Assembly: GCA_964016885.1 (NCBI GenBank)
Contig: OZ024740.1
Location: 19,220,001 to 19,284,000, forward strand
Source of the DNA: Eledone cirrhosa
Taxonomy: Eukaryota
DNA: 64,000 nucleotides
Direction of reading: 5' to 3'
Shown: positions 46,951 to 59,296 of the stretch, one piece after another
Numbering within the stretch: position 1 is the first letter of the stretch
Layout: each line of letters opens with the position of its first letter
Program-made: the position numbers and the translations under genes
Notes under the pieces: generated by a model
Seen by the model: only the letters and a program-made list of their open reading frames with translations
Database searches by the model: none
What the model was told of the DNA's origin: nothing

Positions 46951-49900
46951 TTACGTCCAGTACTTACATCCAGATCTTACGTCCTGTACTTACGTCCTGT
47001 ACTTACGTCCTGTACTTACGCCCTGTACTTACGTTCAGCACTTACGTCCTGTACTTACGTCCAGTACTTACGTCCTGTACTTACGTCCTGTACTTAAGTC
47101 CTGTACTTACGTCCTGTACTTACGTCCAGTACTTACGTCCAGTACTTACGTCCAGCACTTACGTCCTGTACTTACGTCCTGTACTTACGTCCTGTACGTA
47201 CGTCCAGCACTTACGTCCTGTACTTACGTCCAGTACTTACGTCCAGTACTTATGTCCAGTACTTACGTCCAGTACTTACGTCCAGTACTTACGTCCAGCA
47301 CTTACGTCGAGTACTTACGTCCAGTACTTACGTCCAGCACTTACATCCAGTAATTAAGTCCAGTACTTAAGTCCAGTACTTACGTCCAGTACTTACGTCC
47401 TGTACTTACGTCCTGTACTTACGTCCAGCACTTACCTCCAGAACTTACGTCCAGAACTTACGTCCAGCACTTACGTCCAGTACTTACGTCCAGCACTTAC
47501 GTCCAGTAATTAAGTCCAGTACTTACGTCCAGTACTAACGTCCTGTACTTACGTCCTGTACTTACGTCCAGCACTTACGGCCTGTACTTACGTCCAGCAC
47601 TTACGTCCAGCACTTACGTCCAGTACTTACGTCCAGTACTTACGTGCAGCACTTACGTCCAGTACTTACGTCCAGTACTTACGTCCAGTACTTACGTCCT
47701 GTACTTACGTGCAGCACTTACGTCCTGTACTTAGTCCAGCACTTACATCCAGCACTTACGTCCTGTACTTACGTCCAGTACTTACGGCCAGAACATACGT
47801 CCAGTAATTACGTCCAGTTCTTACGTCCAGCCCTTACGTCCAGTAATTAAGTCCAGTACTTAAGTCCAGTACTTACACCCAGTACTTACGTCCTGTACTT
47901 ATGTCCTGTACTTACGTCCAGTACTTACGTCCAGTACTTACGTCCAGTACTTACGTCCTGTACTTACGTCCAGAACTTCCGTCCTGTACTTACGTCCTGT
48001 AATTACGTCCAGTAATTAAGTCCAGTACTTAAGTCCAGTACTTCCGTCCAGCACTTACGTCCTGTACTTACGTCCAGCACTTACGTCCAGTACTTACGTC
48101 CAGAACTTACGTCCAGCACTTACGTCCTGTACTTACGCCCAGTACTTACGTCCAGAACTTACGTCCAGTACTTACGTCCAGCACTTACATCCTGTACTTA
48201 CGGCCAGTACTTACGTCCAGTACTTACGTCCAGCACTTACGTCCAGCACTTACGTCCAGTAATTAAGTCCAGTACTTAAGTCCAGTACTTACATCCAGCA
48301 CTTACGTCCAGCACTTACGTCCAGTACTTACGTCCAGTACTTACGTGCAGCACTTACGTCCAGAAATTAAGTCCAGTACTTAAGTCCAGCACTTACGTCC
48401 TGTACTTATGCCCAGTACTTACGTCCAGCACTTACGTTCTGTACTTACGTCGAGCACTTACGTCCAGAACTTACGTCCAGTACTTACGTCCAGTGCTTAC
48501 GTCCAGCACTTACGTCCAGTACTTACGTCCTGTAATTACGTCCTGCACTTACGTCCAGTACTTACGTCCAGTACTTACGTCCTGTACTTACGTCCTGTAC
48601 TTACGCCCAGCACTTACGTCCTGTACTTACGTCCAGCACTTACGTCAAGTACTTACGTCCAGAACTTACGTCCAGCACTTACGTCCTGTACTTGCGCCCA
48701 GTACTTACGTCCAGAACTTACGTTCAGTACTTACGTCCTGTACTTACGTCCTGTACTTACGTCCAGCACTTACCTCCAGAGCTTACGTCCAGAACTTACG
48801 TCCAGCACTTACGTCCAGTACTTACGTCCAGCACTTACGTCCAGTAATTAAGTCCAGTACTTACGTCCAGTACTTACGTCCAGTACTAACGTCCTGTACT
48901 TACGTCCTGTACTTACGTCCAGCACTTACGTCCAGCACTTACGTCCAGCACTTACGTCCAGTACTTACGTCCAGTACTTACGTGCAGTACTTACGTGCAG
49001 CACTTACGTCCAGTACTTACGTCCAGTACTTACGTCCAGTACTTACGTCCTGTACTTACGTGCAGCACTTACGTCCTGTACTTAGTCCAGCACTTACGTC
49101 CAGCACTTACGTCCTGTACTTACGTCCAGCACTTACGGCCAGAACATACGTCCAGTAATTACGTCCAGTTCTTACGTCCAGCCCTTACGTCCAGTAATTA
49201 AGTCCAGTACTTAAGTCCAGTACTTACACCCAGTACTTACGTCCTGTACTTATGTCCTGTACTTACGTCCAGTACTTACGTCCAGTACTTACGTCCAGTA
49301 CTTACGTCCTGTACTTACGTCCAGAACTTCCGTCCTGTACTTACGTCCTGTAATTACGTCCAGTAATTAAGTCCAGTACTTAAGTCCAGTACTTCCGTCC
49401 AGCACTTACGTCCTGTACTTACGTCCAGCACTTACGTCCAGTACTTACGTCCAGAACTTACGTCCAGCACTTACGTCCTGTACTTACGCCCAGTACTTAC
49501 GTCCAGAACTTACGTCCAGTACTTACGTCCAGCACTTACATCCTGTACTTACGGCCAGTACTTACGTCCAGTACTTACGTCCAGCACTTACGTCCAGCAC
49601 TTACGTCCAGTAATTAAGTCCAGTACTTAAGTCCAGTACTTACATCCAGTACTTACGTCCTGTACTTATGTCCTGTACTTACGTCCAGCACTTACGTCCT
49701 GTACTTACGTCCAGTACTTACGTCCAGTAATTCAATCCAGCACTTAAGTCCAGTACTTACGTCCAGTACTTACGTCCAGCACTTACGTCCAGAAATTAAG
49801 TCCAGTACTTAAGTCCAGCACTTACGTCCTGTACTTATGCCCAGTACTTACGTCCAGCACTTACGTTCTGTACTTACGTCGAGCACTTACGTCCAGAACT

Positions 49901-52900
49901 TACGTCCAGTACTTACGTCCAGTGCTTACGTCCAGCACTTACGTCCAGTACTTACGTCCTGTAATTACGTCCTGCACTTACGTCCAGTACTTACGTCCAG
50001 TACTTACGTCCTGTACTTACGTCCTGTACTTACGCCCAGCACTTACGTCCTGTACTTACGTCCAGCACTTACGTCAAGTACTTACGTCCAGAACTTACGT
50101 CCAGCACTTACGTCCTGTACTTGCGCCCAGTACTTACGTCCAGAACTTACGTTCAGTACTTACGTCCTGTAATTACGTCCTGTACTTACGTCCAGTACTT
50201 ACGTCAAGTACTTACGTCCTGTACTTACGTCCGGTACTTACGTCCAGTACTTACGTCGTGTACTTACGTCCAGCACTTACGTCCAGTACTTACGTCCAGT
50301 GCTTACGTCCAGAACTTCCTTCCAGTACTTACGTCCTGTAATTACGTCCAGTAATTAAGTCCAGTACTTAAGTCCAGTACTTAAGTCCAGTACTTCCGTC
50401 CAGCACTTACGTCCTGTACTTACGTCCAGCACTTACGTCCAGTACTTACGTCCAGTACTTACGTCCAGCACTTACATCCAGTAATTATGTCCAGTACTTA
50501 AGTCCAGTACTTACGTCCAGTACTTACGTCCTGTACTTACGTCCTGTACTTACGTCCAGCACTTACGTCCTGTACCTACGTCCAGCACTTACGTCCAGTA
50601 CTTACGTCCAGTACTTACGTCCAGTATTTACGTCCAGTACTTACGTCCAGTACTTACGTCCAGTACTTACGTCCAATACTTACGTCCAGTACTTACGTCC
50701 AGTACTTACGTCCAGTAATTAAGACAGTACTTAAGTCCAGTACTTACGTCCAGTACTTACGTCCAGTACTTACGTGCAGCACTTACGTCCAGTACTTACG
50801 TCCAGTACTTACGTCCAGTACTTACGTCCTGTACTTACGTGCAGCACTTACGTCCTGTACTTAGTCCAGCACTTACGTCCAGCACTTACGTCCTGTACTT
50901 ACGTCCAGCACTTACGGCCAGAACATACGTCCAGTAATTACGTCCAGTTCTTACGTCCAGCCCTTACGTCCAGTAATTAAGTCCAGTACTTAAGTCCAGT
51001 ACTTACACCCAGTACTTACGTCCTGTACTTATGTCCTGTACTTACGTCCAGTACTTACGTCCAGTACTTACGTCCAGTACTTACGTCCTGTACTTACGTC
51101 CAGAACTTCCGTCCTGTACTTACGTCCTGTAATTACGTCCAGTAATTAAGTCCAGTACTTCAGTCCAGTACTTCCGTCCAGCACTTACGTCCTGTACTTA
51201 CGTCCAGCACTTACGTCCAGTACTTACGTCCAGAACTTACGTCCAGCACTTACGTCCTGTACTTACGCCCAGTACTTACGTCCAGAACTTACGTCCAGTA
51301 CTTACGTCCAGCACTTACATCCTGTACTTACGGCCAGTACTTACGTCCAGTACTTACGTCCAGCACTTACGTCCAGCACTTACGTCCAGTAATTAAGTCC
51401 AGTACTTAAGTCCAGTACTTACATCCAGTACTTACGTCCTGTACTTATGTCCTGTACTTACGTCCAGCACTTACGTCCTGTACTTACGTCCAGTACTTAC
51501 GTCCAGTAATTCAATCCAGCACTTAAGTCCAGTACTTACGTCCAGTACTTACGTCCAGCACTTACGTCCAGAAATTAAGTCCAGTACTTAAGTCCAGCAC
51601 TTACGTCCTGTACTTATGCCCAGTACTTACGTCCAGCACTTACGTTCTGTACTTACGTCGAGCACTTACGTCCAGAACTTACGTCCAGTACTTACGTCCA
51701 GTGCTTACGTCCAGCACTTACGTCCAGTACTTACGTCCTGTAATTACGTCCTGCACTTACGTCCAGTACTTACGTCCAGTACTTACGTCCTGTACTTACG
51801 TCCTGTACTTACGCCCAGCACTTACGTCCTGTACTTACGTCCAGCACTTACGTCAAGTACTTACGTCCAGAACTTACGTCCAGCACTTACGTCCTGTACT
51901 TGCGCCCAGTACTTACGTCCAGAACTTACGTTCAGTACTTACGTCCTGTAATTACGTCCTGTACTTACGTCCAGTACTTACGTCAAGTACTTACGTCCTG
52001 TACTTACGTCCGGTACTTACGTCCAGTACTTACGTCGTGTACTTACGTCCAGCACTTACGTCCAGTACTTACGTCCAGTGCTTACGTCCAGAACTTCCTT
52101 CCAGTACTTACGTCCTGTAATTACGTCCAGTAATTAAGTCCAGTACTTAAGTCCAGTACTTCCGTCCAGCACTTACGTCCTGTACTTACGTCCAGCACTT
52201 ACGTCCAGTACTTACGTCCAGTACTTACGTCCAGCACTTACATCCAGTAATTATGTCCAGTACTTAAGTCCAGTACTTACGTCCAGTACTTACGTCCTGT
52301 ACTTACGTCCTGTACTTACGTCCAGCACTTACGTCCTGTACCTACGTCCAGCACTTACGTCCAGTACTTACGTCCAGTACTTACGTCCAGTATTTACGTC
52401 CAGTACTTACGTCCAGTACTTACGTCCAGTACTTACGTCCAGTACTTACGTCCAATACTTACGTCCAGTACTTACGTCCAGTACTTACGTCCAGTAATTA
52501 AGACAGTACTTAAGTCCAGTACTTACGTCCAGTACTTAAGTCCAATACTTACGTCCAGTACTTACGTCCAGCACTTACGTCCAGTATTTACGTCAAATAC
52601 TTACGTCCAGTACTTACGTCCAGTACTTACGTCCAGTACTTACGCCCAGTACTTACGTCCAGAACTTACGTCCAGTACTTACGTCCTGTAATTACGTCCT
52701 GTACTTACGTCCAGTACTTACGTCCAGTACTTACGTCCAGTACTTACGTCCTGTACTTACGTCCAGCACTTACGTCTAGCACTTACGTCCTGTACTTACG
52801 TCCAGTACTTACGTCCAGTAATTATATCCAGCACTTAAGTCCAGTACTTACGTCCAGTACTTACGTCCAGCACTTACGTCCAGAAATTAAGTCCAGTACT

Positions 52901-54904
52901 TAAGTCTATCACTTACGTCCTGTACTTATGCCCAGTACTTACGTCCAGCACTTACGTTCTGTACTTACGTCGAGCACTTACGTCCAGAACTTACGTCCAG
53001 TACTTACGTCCAGTACTTACGTCGAGCACTTTCGTCGAGCACTTACGTCCAGTACTTACGTCCAGTACTTACGTGCAATACTTACGTTCAGAACTTACGT
53101 CCAGTACTTACGTCCTGTACTTACGTCCAGTACTTACGTCCTGTACTTACGTCCAGTACTTACGTCCAGAACTTACGTCCAGCACTTACGTCCTGTACTT
53201 ACGCCCAGTACTTACGTCCAGAACTTACGTCCAGTACTTACGTCCTGTAATTACGTCCTGTACTTACGTCCAGTATTTACGTCCAGTACTTACGTCCAGT
53301 ACTTACGTCCTGTACTTACGTCCAGCACTTACGTCCAACACTTACGTCCAGCACTTACGTCCAGTACTTACGTCCAGTACTTACGTCCAGTTCTTACGTC
53401 CAGTACTTACTCCAGCACTTACATCCTGTACTTACGTCCTGTACTTACGTCTTGTACTTACGTCCAGCACTTACGTCCAGTACTTACGTCCAGTACTTAC
53501 ATCTTGTACATACGTCCAGCACTTACGTCCTGTACTTACGTCCTGTACTTACGTCCAGCACTTACGTCCAGTACTTACGTACAGTACTTACGTCCAGCAC
53601 ATAAGTCCAGTACTTACGTCCAGTACTTACGTCCAGAACTTACGTCCAGTACTTACGTCCAGCACTTACATCCAGTAATTATGTCCAGTACTTAAGTCCA
53701 GTACTTACATCCAGTACTTACGTCCTGTATTTACGTCCTGTACTTACGTCCAGCACTTACGTCCTGTACCTACGTCCAGCACTTACGTCCAGCACTTACG
53801 TCCAGTACTTACGTCCAGTACTTACGTCCAGTATTTACGTTCAGTACTTACGTCCAGTACTTACGTCCAGTACTTACGTCCTGTACTTACGTCCAGTACA
53901 TACGTCCAGTACTTACGTCCAGTACTTACGTCCAATACTTACGTCCAGTACTTACGTCCAGTACTTACGTTCAGTACTTACGTCCAGTACTTACGTCCAG
54001 CACTTACGTCCAGTAATTAAGACAGTACTTAAGTCCAGTACTTACGTCCAGTACTTAAGTCCAATACTTACGTCCAGTACTTACGTCCAGCACTTACGTC
54101 CAGTATTTACGTCAAATACTTACGTCCAGTACTTACGTCCAGTACTTACGTCCTGTACTTACGTCCAGTACTTACGTCCAGTACTTACGTACAGCGTTTA
54201 CGTCCAGCACTTACGTCTAGCACTTAGGTCCTGTACTTACGTCCAGTACTTACGTCCAGTAATTAAATCCAGCACTTAAGTCCAGTACTTACGTCCAGTA
54301 CTTACGTCCAGCACTTACGTCCAGAAATTAAGTCCAGTACTTAAGTCCAGCACTTACGTCCTGTACTTATACCCAGTACTTATGTCCAGCACTTACGTTC
54401 TGTACTTACGTCGAGCACTTACGTCCAGAACTTACGTCCAGTACTTACGTCCAGTGCTTACGTCCAGCACTTACGTCCAGTACTTACGTCCTGTAATTAC
54501 GTCCTGCACTTACGTCCAGTACTTACGTCCAGTACTTACGTCCTGTACTTACGTCCTGTACTTACGCCCAGCACTTACGTCCTGTACTTACGTCCAGCAC
54601 TTACGTCCTGTACTTACGTCCAGCACTTACGTCAAGTACTTACGTCCAGAACTTACGTCCAGCACTTACGTCCTGTACTTACGCCCAGTACTTACGTCCA
54701 GAACTTACGTTCAGTACTTACGTCCTGTACTTACGCACAGTACTTACGTCCAGTACTTACGTCTAGTACTTACGTCCAGTACTTACGTCCAGTACTTAAG
54801 TCCAGTACTTACGTCCAGTACTTACGTCTTGTACTTACGTCCTGTACTTCGTCCTGTACTTACGTCCAGTAATTAAGTCCAGTACTTACGTCCAGTACTT
54901 ACGT
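46947..54904 (+). repeat. Satellite II: 13-bp tandem repeat TACTTACGTCCAG (variants CCTG, CAGCAC, TAATTAAG), roughly 610 monomers with ~1.3-1.8 kb higher-order repeats
   Basis: 13-nt periodicity; 13-aa period in spurious ORFs; identical ORFs recur 1779 bp apart (48995/50774, 49837/51616). Confidence 0.98.
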
Positions 54905-54960
54905 TCTCCCTTTCTCTCTCTCCCCCTTCCCCTTCCCTCTCTCTCTCTATCTATCTCTTC
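54905..54960. repeat. Polypyrimidine (CT)-rich low-complexity tract
   Basis: ttctccctttctctctctcccccttccccttccctctctctctctatctatctc. Confidence 0.85.
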
Positions 54961-55043
54961 TTAGCTCTATACAGACTAGAGAGTGTTTAAAATACTCAAC
55001 ACTCAGTACTGAGCACTCAATGCTATACTCAATGCTATATATC

Positions 55044-55190
55044 GTGAAAGCGCATGGCTTAGGGGTTAGAGCATTGGGCTTGCAATCGAAAGGTTGTGAT
55101 TTCAATTCTAAGACCGGGTGATGTGTTGTGTCCTTGAGCAAGACACTTTATTTCACGTTGCTCCAGTTTACTCAGGTGTAGAAATGAGAT
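55044..55190 (+). mobile_element. tRNA-derived CORE-SINE (resembles octopus OR2 type)
   Basis: tRNA-like head (TGGCTTAGGGGTTAGAGC A box; GATTTCAATTC degenerate B box) followed by TGTGTCCTTGAGCAAGACACTT...CAGTTTACTCAGGTGTAGAAATG, matching the MIR/CORE domain pattern. Confidence 0.75.
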
Positions 55191-55387
55191 GATAGGACTG
55201 GGATCCATATCATTAAATTACTCAAGACACCTCCAACGAGATATACCTTGGCGGAGGCCAGCTAAACCTACGTAGGTGTGAGCTGTCACAACAACAACAT
55301 ACTATATATTACGACTGCTCCCCCTCTACAACGATGTTAGGAGTTGAAGGATAATGGTTGAAATATCTTAGTATCGTTATTTTTTTA

Positions 55388-55602
55388 GGATTGACATTAT
55401 CGGCAGAATGTCGGACACCGTGCTTTGCAGCATTAAGTTATAGCCCTTTACGTTCTCAGTTCAAATCCCGCCGAGGTTAACTTTACCTTTCATCCTTCAG
55501 GGTCGATAAAATAAAGTACCAGTAACACACTGGGGTCAATTTAATCGACTTTCCCCTCCCCTTCAAATTGCTGGACTTCTGCCTATTGTAGAAACAATTA
55601 TT
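55388..55602 (+). mobile_element. tRNA-derived SINE with conserved central domain CCTTTCATCCTT..GGTCGATAAAAT.AGTACCAG
   Basis: B box CAGTTCAAATCC; colinear with the copy at 59482-59675; AT-rich end GTAGAAACAATTATT. Confidence 0.82.
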
Positions 55603-55615
55603 CTTGTCTTTGTAG

Positions 55616-55808
55616 GCAACGACAGAAATATCTGGATGTGGTCAATGACAAACTGACCAGTCAAATGAAACAAATGACTAAAGTTGAGGAGGACAGAATA
55701 GCAAAAGCGGCTGAAGAGAAAGAAGCAGCGAGGTTGAAGCTCGAGGAAGAGAAGAGGAAACATCGCGAAAAAACTACTGAAGAAATCGCAGCTAGTAGAA
55801 AGTCTCAG
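55616..55808 (+). CDS. Internal coding exon (193 bp, phase 2 in / phase 0 out) of a charged coiled-coil protein, CFAP210/CCDC173-like (trichohyalin-plectin-homology type)
   Basis: Acceptor ttcttgtctttgtag|G and donor CAG|gtaagat; open frame QRQKYLDVVNDKLTSQMKQMTKVEEDRIAKAAEEKEAARLKLEEEKRKHREKTTEEIAASRKSQ; purine-rich; spacing N.L...K....E..IA...E.EA...K.E.EK.........IA..R recalls CCDC173 (from memory, not searched). Confidence 0.8.
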
Positions 55809-55820
55809 GTAAGATGAACA

Positions 55821-56445
<625 letters not shown>

Positions 56446-57220
56446 GGTGCTACTGGTAACATGTAACCCAGTACAAACTGTCGCATGGTCGAGTCGTCGG
56501 CGACTAAAACGGCAACCCCACCAAGTTTACTTGGTGAGGAGGGGCGTTTTGAACACCCTGCAGGACAAAAAACAAAACCTGACAAAGAGCGGAAGAACTC
56601 ATAAGAATCAACGGCCATCCAAAAGTGTGTAAATATGTTTATACACATGTACATATGGATGTATATGTATATGTATATGTGTATATACACGGGTGCATTT
56701 GTGTGTATATGCGCGGGGACATAGAAAAAGTCGGGCTGGATACCCGATCGCGCGGTTAAACAACTGGGAGTGAAGGACCCCTAGCCTTTGTCAGGGCATT
56801 CTTCTAGGAGAAGGCAACTCAGGAAACTGGGATAACTCCGATATAAAACCTGCGCCTCAGTAGTTACCGATGATGTTGATATTTTCTTCTTTTCGGGTTA
56901 TAGCTACTGTCGCTCAGAGAGTGGGATTGGCTCAGTGCACAGTCTTTCCTCACTTAAAAAAATATCTTCACGGACAGGCATTGCACGATATAATTAATTA
57001 ATAATTATTAATAATGGTATATTGTGCAATGGCCACACTCGATAACGAGGGGGCAGCCATCATGTATGTATGTATGTATGTATGTATGTATGTATGTATG
57101 TATGTATGGATGGATGAACAGGTGTATGTATCTATGTATGGATGGATGGATGGATGAACAGATGTATGTATGTATGTATGTATGTATGTATGTATGTATG
57201 TATGTATGTATGTATGTATG
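56446..57220 (+). mobile_element. Non-autonomous bipartite RTE derivative, copy B, with (TATG)n/(TGGA)n tail
   Basis: Starts GTGCTACTGGTAACATGTAACCCAG (shared with copies C and D); CTAGGAGAAGGCAACTC motif; 3' end GTGCAATGGCCACACTCGATAACGAGGGGGCAGCCATC is nearly identical to the RTE end at 61752-61788. Confidence 0.8.
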
Positions 57221-57400
57221 TCGGCTCACTCATGAGTGCTACTGGTAACATGTAACCCAGTGCAACCTGTCGCATGATCGGTGACTAAACCGGCAACCCC
57301 ACCAAGTTTACTTGGTGAGAAGGTTGATTTTGGACACCCTGCAGGACAAAAAGCAAAACCTGACAAAGGGCGGAAGAACTCATAAGAGTGAACGGCCATC
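57221..57400 (+). mobile_element. 5' portion of the same RTE-derived element, copy C
   Basis: Colinear with 56446-56620; ends at AACGGCCATC before a (TA)n tract. Confidence 0.78.
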
Positions 57401-57463
57401 ATATATATATATACATATATATATATAATATATATATATACATATATATATATAATAAATATA
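57401..57463. repeat. (TA)n microsatellite
   Basis: Direct reading. Confidence 0.9.
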
Positions 57464-59296
57464 TTTCCCTGTTTGCAAGGGTTGGACGGGTCCTATTCAG
57501 CACAGCATCTCTCCACTTGTCACGGTACTTCGTCATCTCCTCGGTGAGTTTCAGCGATCTGAGGTCTGCTTTCACCACCTCTGGCCATATTTTTCGTGGT
57601 CTACCTCTCCTACGTCTTCTCTCCACTGGGACTTCCTGGCACTTCTTCACCCACCAGTCATCCTCCATGCGCATCACATGTCCATACTATCTCAGCCTTC
57701 TCTCCTGCACACCACAACTTATCCCTCTTATACCCAGTTTCTTTCTCAACTCGTCTATGCTTGGTCGTTCACGCACATTGACATTGCACATCCAACGAAG
57801 AATACTTGCTTCATTTCTCTCCAGCCGTCGCATAAATTCAGCTGCCCATGTCTCACTACCATGCAGCATCGCGCATCTCACACAGGCATCATATAACTGT
57901 CCTTTCGTACGCAGGGAGAAACCTTTCTTTGTCAACAGAAGAAGCAGCTCCTTAAACTTCTTCCAACCCGTCCTTATTCTAGATACTATGGCCTCGAAAC
58001 ACCCCCTCCCATGCTAATCTTATCACCTAGGTACCGCAAGCTATCAATCAATTCTATAGAACCCACCTGCATTGGAAAAATGAGTCTATCACTGCGATTA
58101 CTACTGCCAACTTTCCCTGTACATCTACTGCATACGTAGTTTTCCCTACCTGTTAGTTTGCCTGCTATCCCACTACATCTCTTGTGTACCCAAGATCTGC
58201 ATTGCGTACATTTTATGGAATTTATGCCAGTTCCTTTCCTACATATCGAACATGGCCATTTCCCTGATGGAATCAGAGTATTGTCCTCTCTTCTACTTAT
58301 CAACACTGTTTTAGCTATGTTCACTCTCAGGCCTCTTGATTCCAACTGCTGTTTCCATAGCCAGAATTTATTCTCTAGCTCCTCTACTGATTCTGCTATA
58401 AGAACCAGATCATCAGCATAGAGAAGTTCCCATGGGCATCCAGTCTAAAAGTCCTCTGTTATGACTTGGAGGACTATAATGAACAATAGTGGGCTGAGGA
58501 CCGAACCTTGATGTACACCTACTTGTATCTGGAATTCCTCACTAAACTCCATTCCTATTCTCCCTTTACTGACAGCACCCTTGTACATAGCTTGTATTGT
58601 CCTCACAAGCCATTCCTCTACACCTAATTTCCTTAGGGACCACCAGATGACAGATCGGCGTACCTTCTCTAGGTCAACAAAAGCTAAGTATACTGGCTTA
58701 TTCTTCTCTAAGAACCTCTCTTGCAGTTGCCTCACTAAGAAGAGGGCATCTGTTGTACTTTTCCGAGGCACAAAACCAAACTGCATCTCATCTAAATTGA
58801 CCCTTTCTCTAACCAGTTGCGCTAATATTCACTCTGCTACTTTCATAACCTGATCCATCAGCTTTATGCCACTACAATTGCTCCTCTCTAGAGCATCCCC
58901 TTTACTTTTGTAGCAATTTATGAGAATACTGCTGCACCAGTCTGTGGGTATGACACCACCGTATATAGCTTGATTAATGATGCGTGTAACCAGTTTAGTG
59001 CCTACTTTTCCTGATGCTTTCAGCATCTCAGCAACTATCCCCGACGGTCCAGCAACCTTACCATTCTTCATTTCCTTAATTGCCTCTTGTACCCTATATT
59101 CGTCAATTTCAATAGCTGGTCCCTCTGCCGTGTCTACTGGGGGTAATTCCTCTCTGTCCCATTCGTTCTCTAGATCCATCGTCTCTCATTTCCAGGCCTC
59201 CTTCTTTTGATCATTCGTGACACTAAGTACACCGGCATCATTCCGGACACACTTATCTCCAACAACATCCTGATTCACACTGACACACTGCCTTGC
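57464..59296 (-). pseudogene. Decayed RTE-clade LINE ORF (RT with PHD-type finger), frameshifted, 5'-truncated
   Basis: Fragments GKVAGPSGIVAEMLK, QFGFVPRKSTTDALF, LAFVDLEK, HQGSVLSPLLF, ELLYADDLVL (near 58400-58430), MLHGSETW, RRGRPRKIW spread over several frames. Confidence 0.9.

Noticed and set aside
47644-54876. ORFs encoding LRPVLTSSTYVQY repeats
   Set aside because: Translation of the 13-bp satellite in overlapping frames
1-54904. CRISPR array
   Set aside because: No unique spacers, no cas genes, eukaryotic context
54990-55042. Palindrome CTCAGTACTGAG and ACTCAATGCTAT x2
   Set aside because: Too short to distinguish from local slippage
55044-55120. Functional tRNA gene
   Set aside because: Degenerate cloverleaf continuing into a CORE-SINE body
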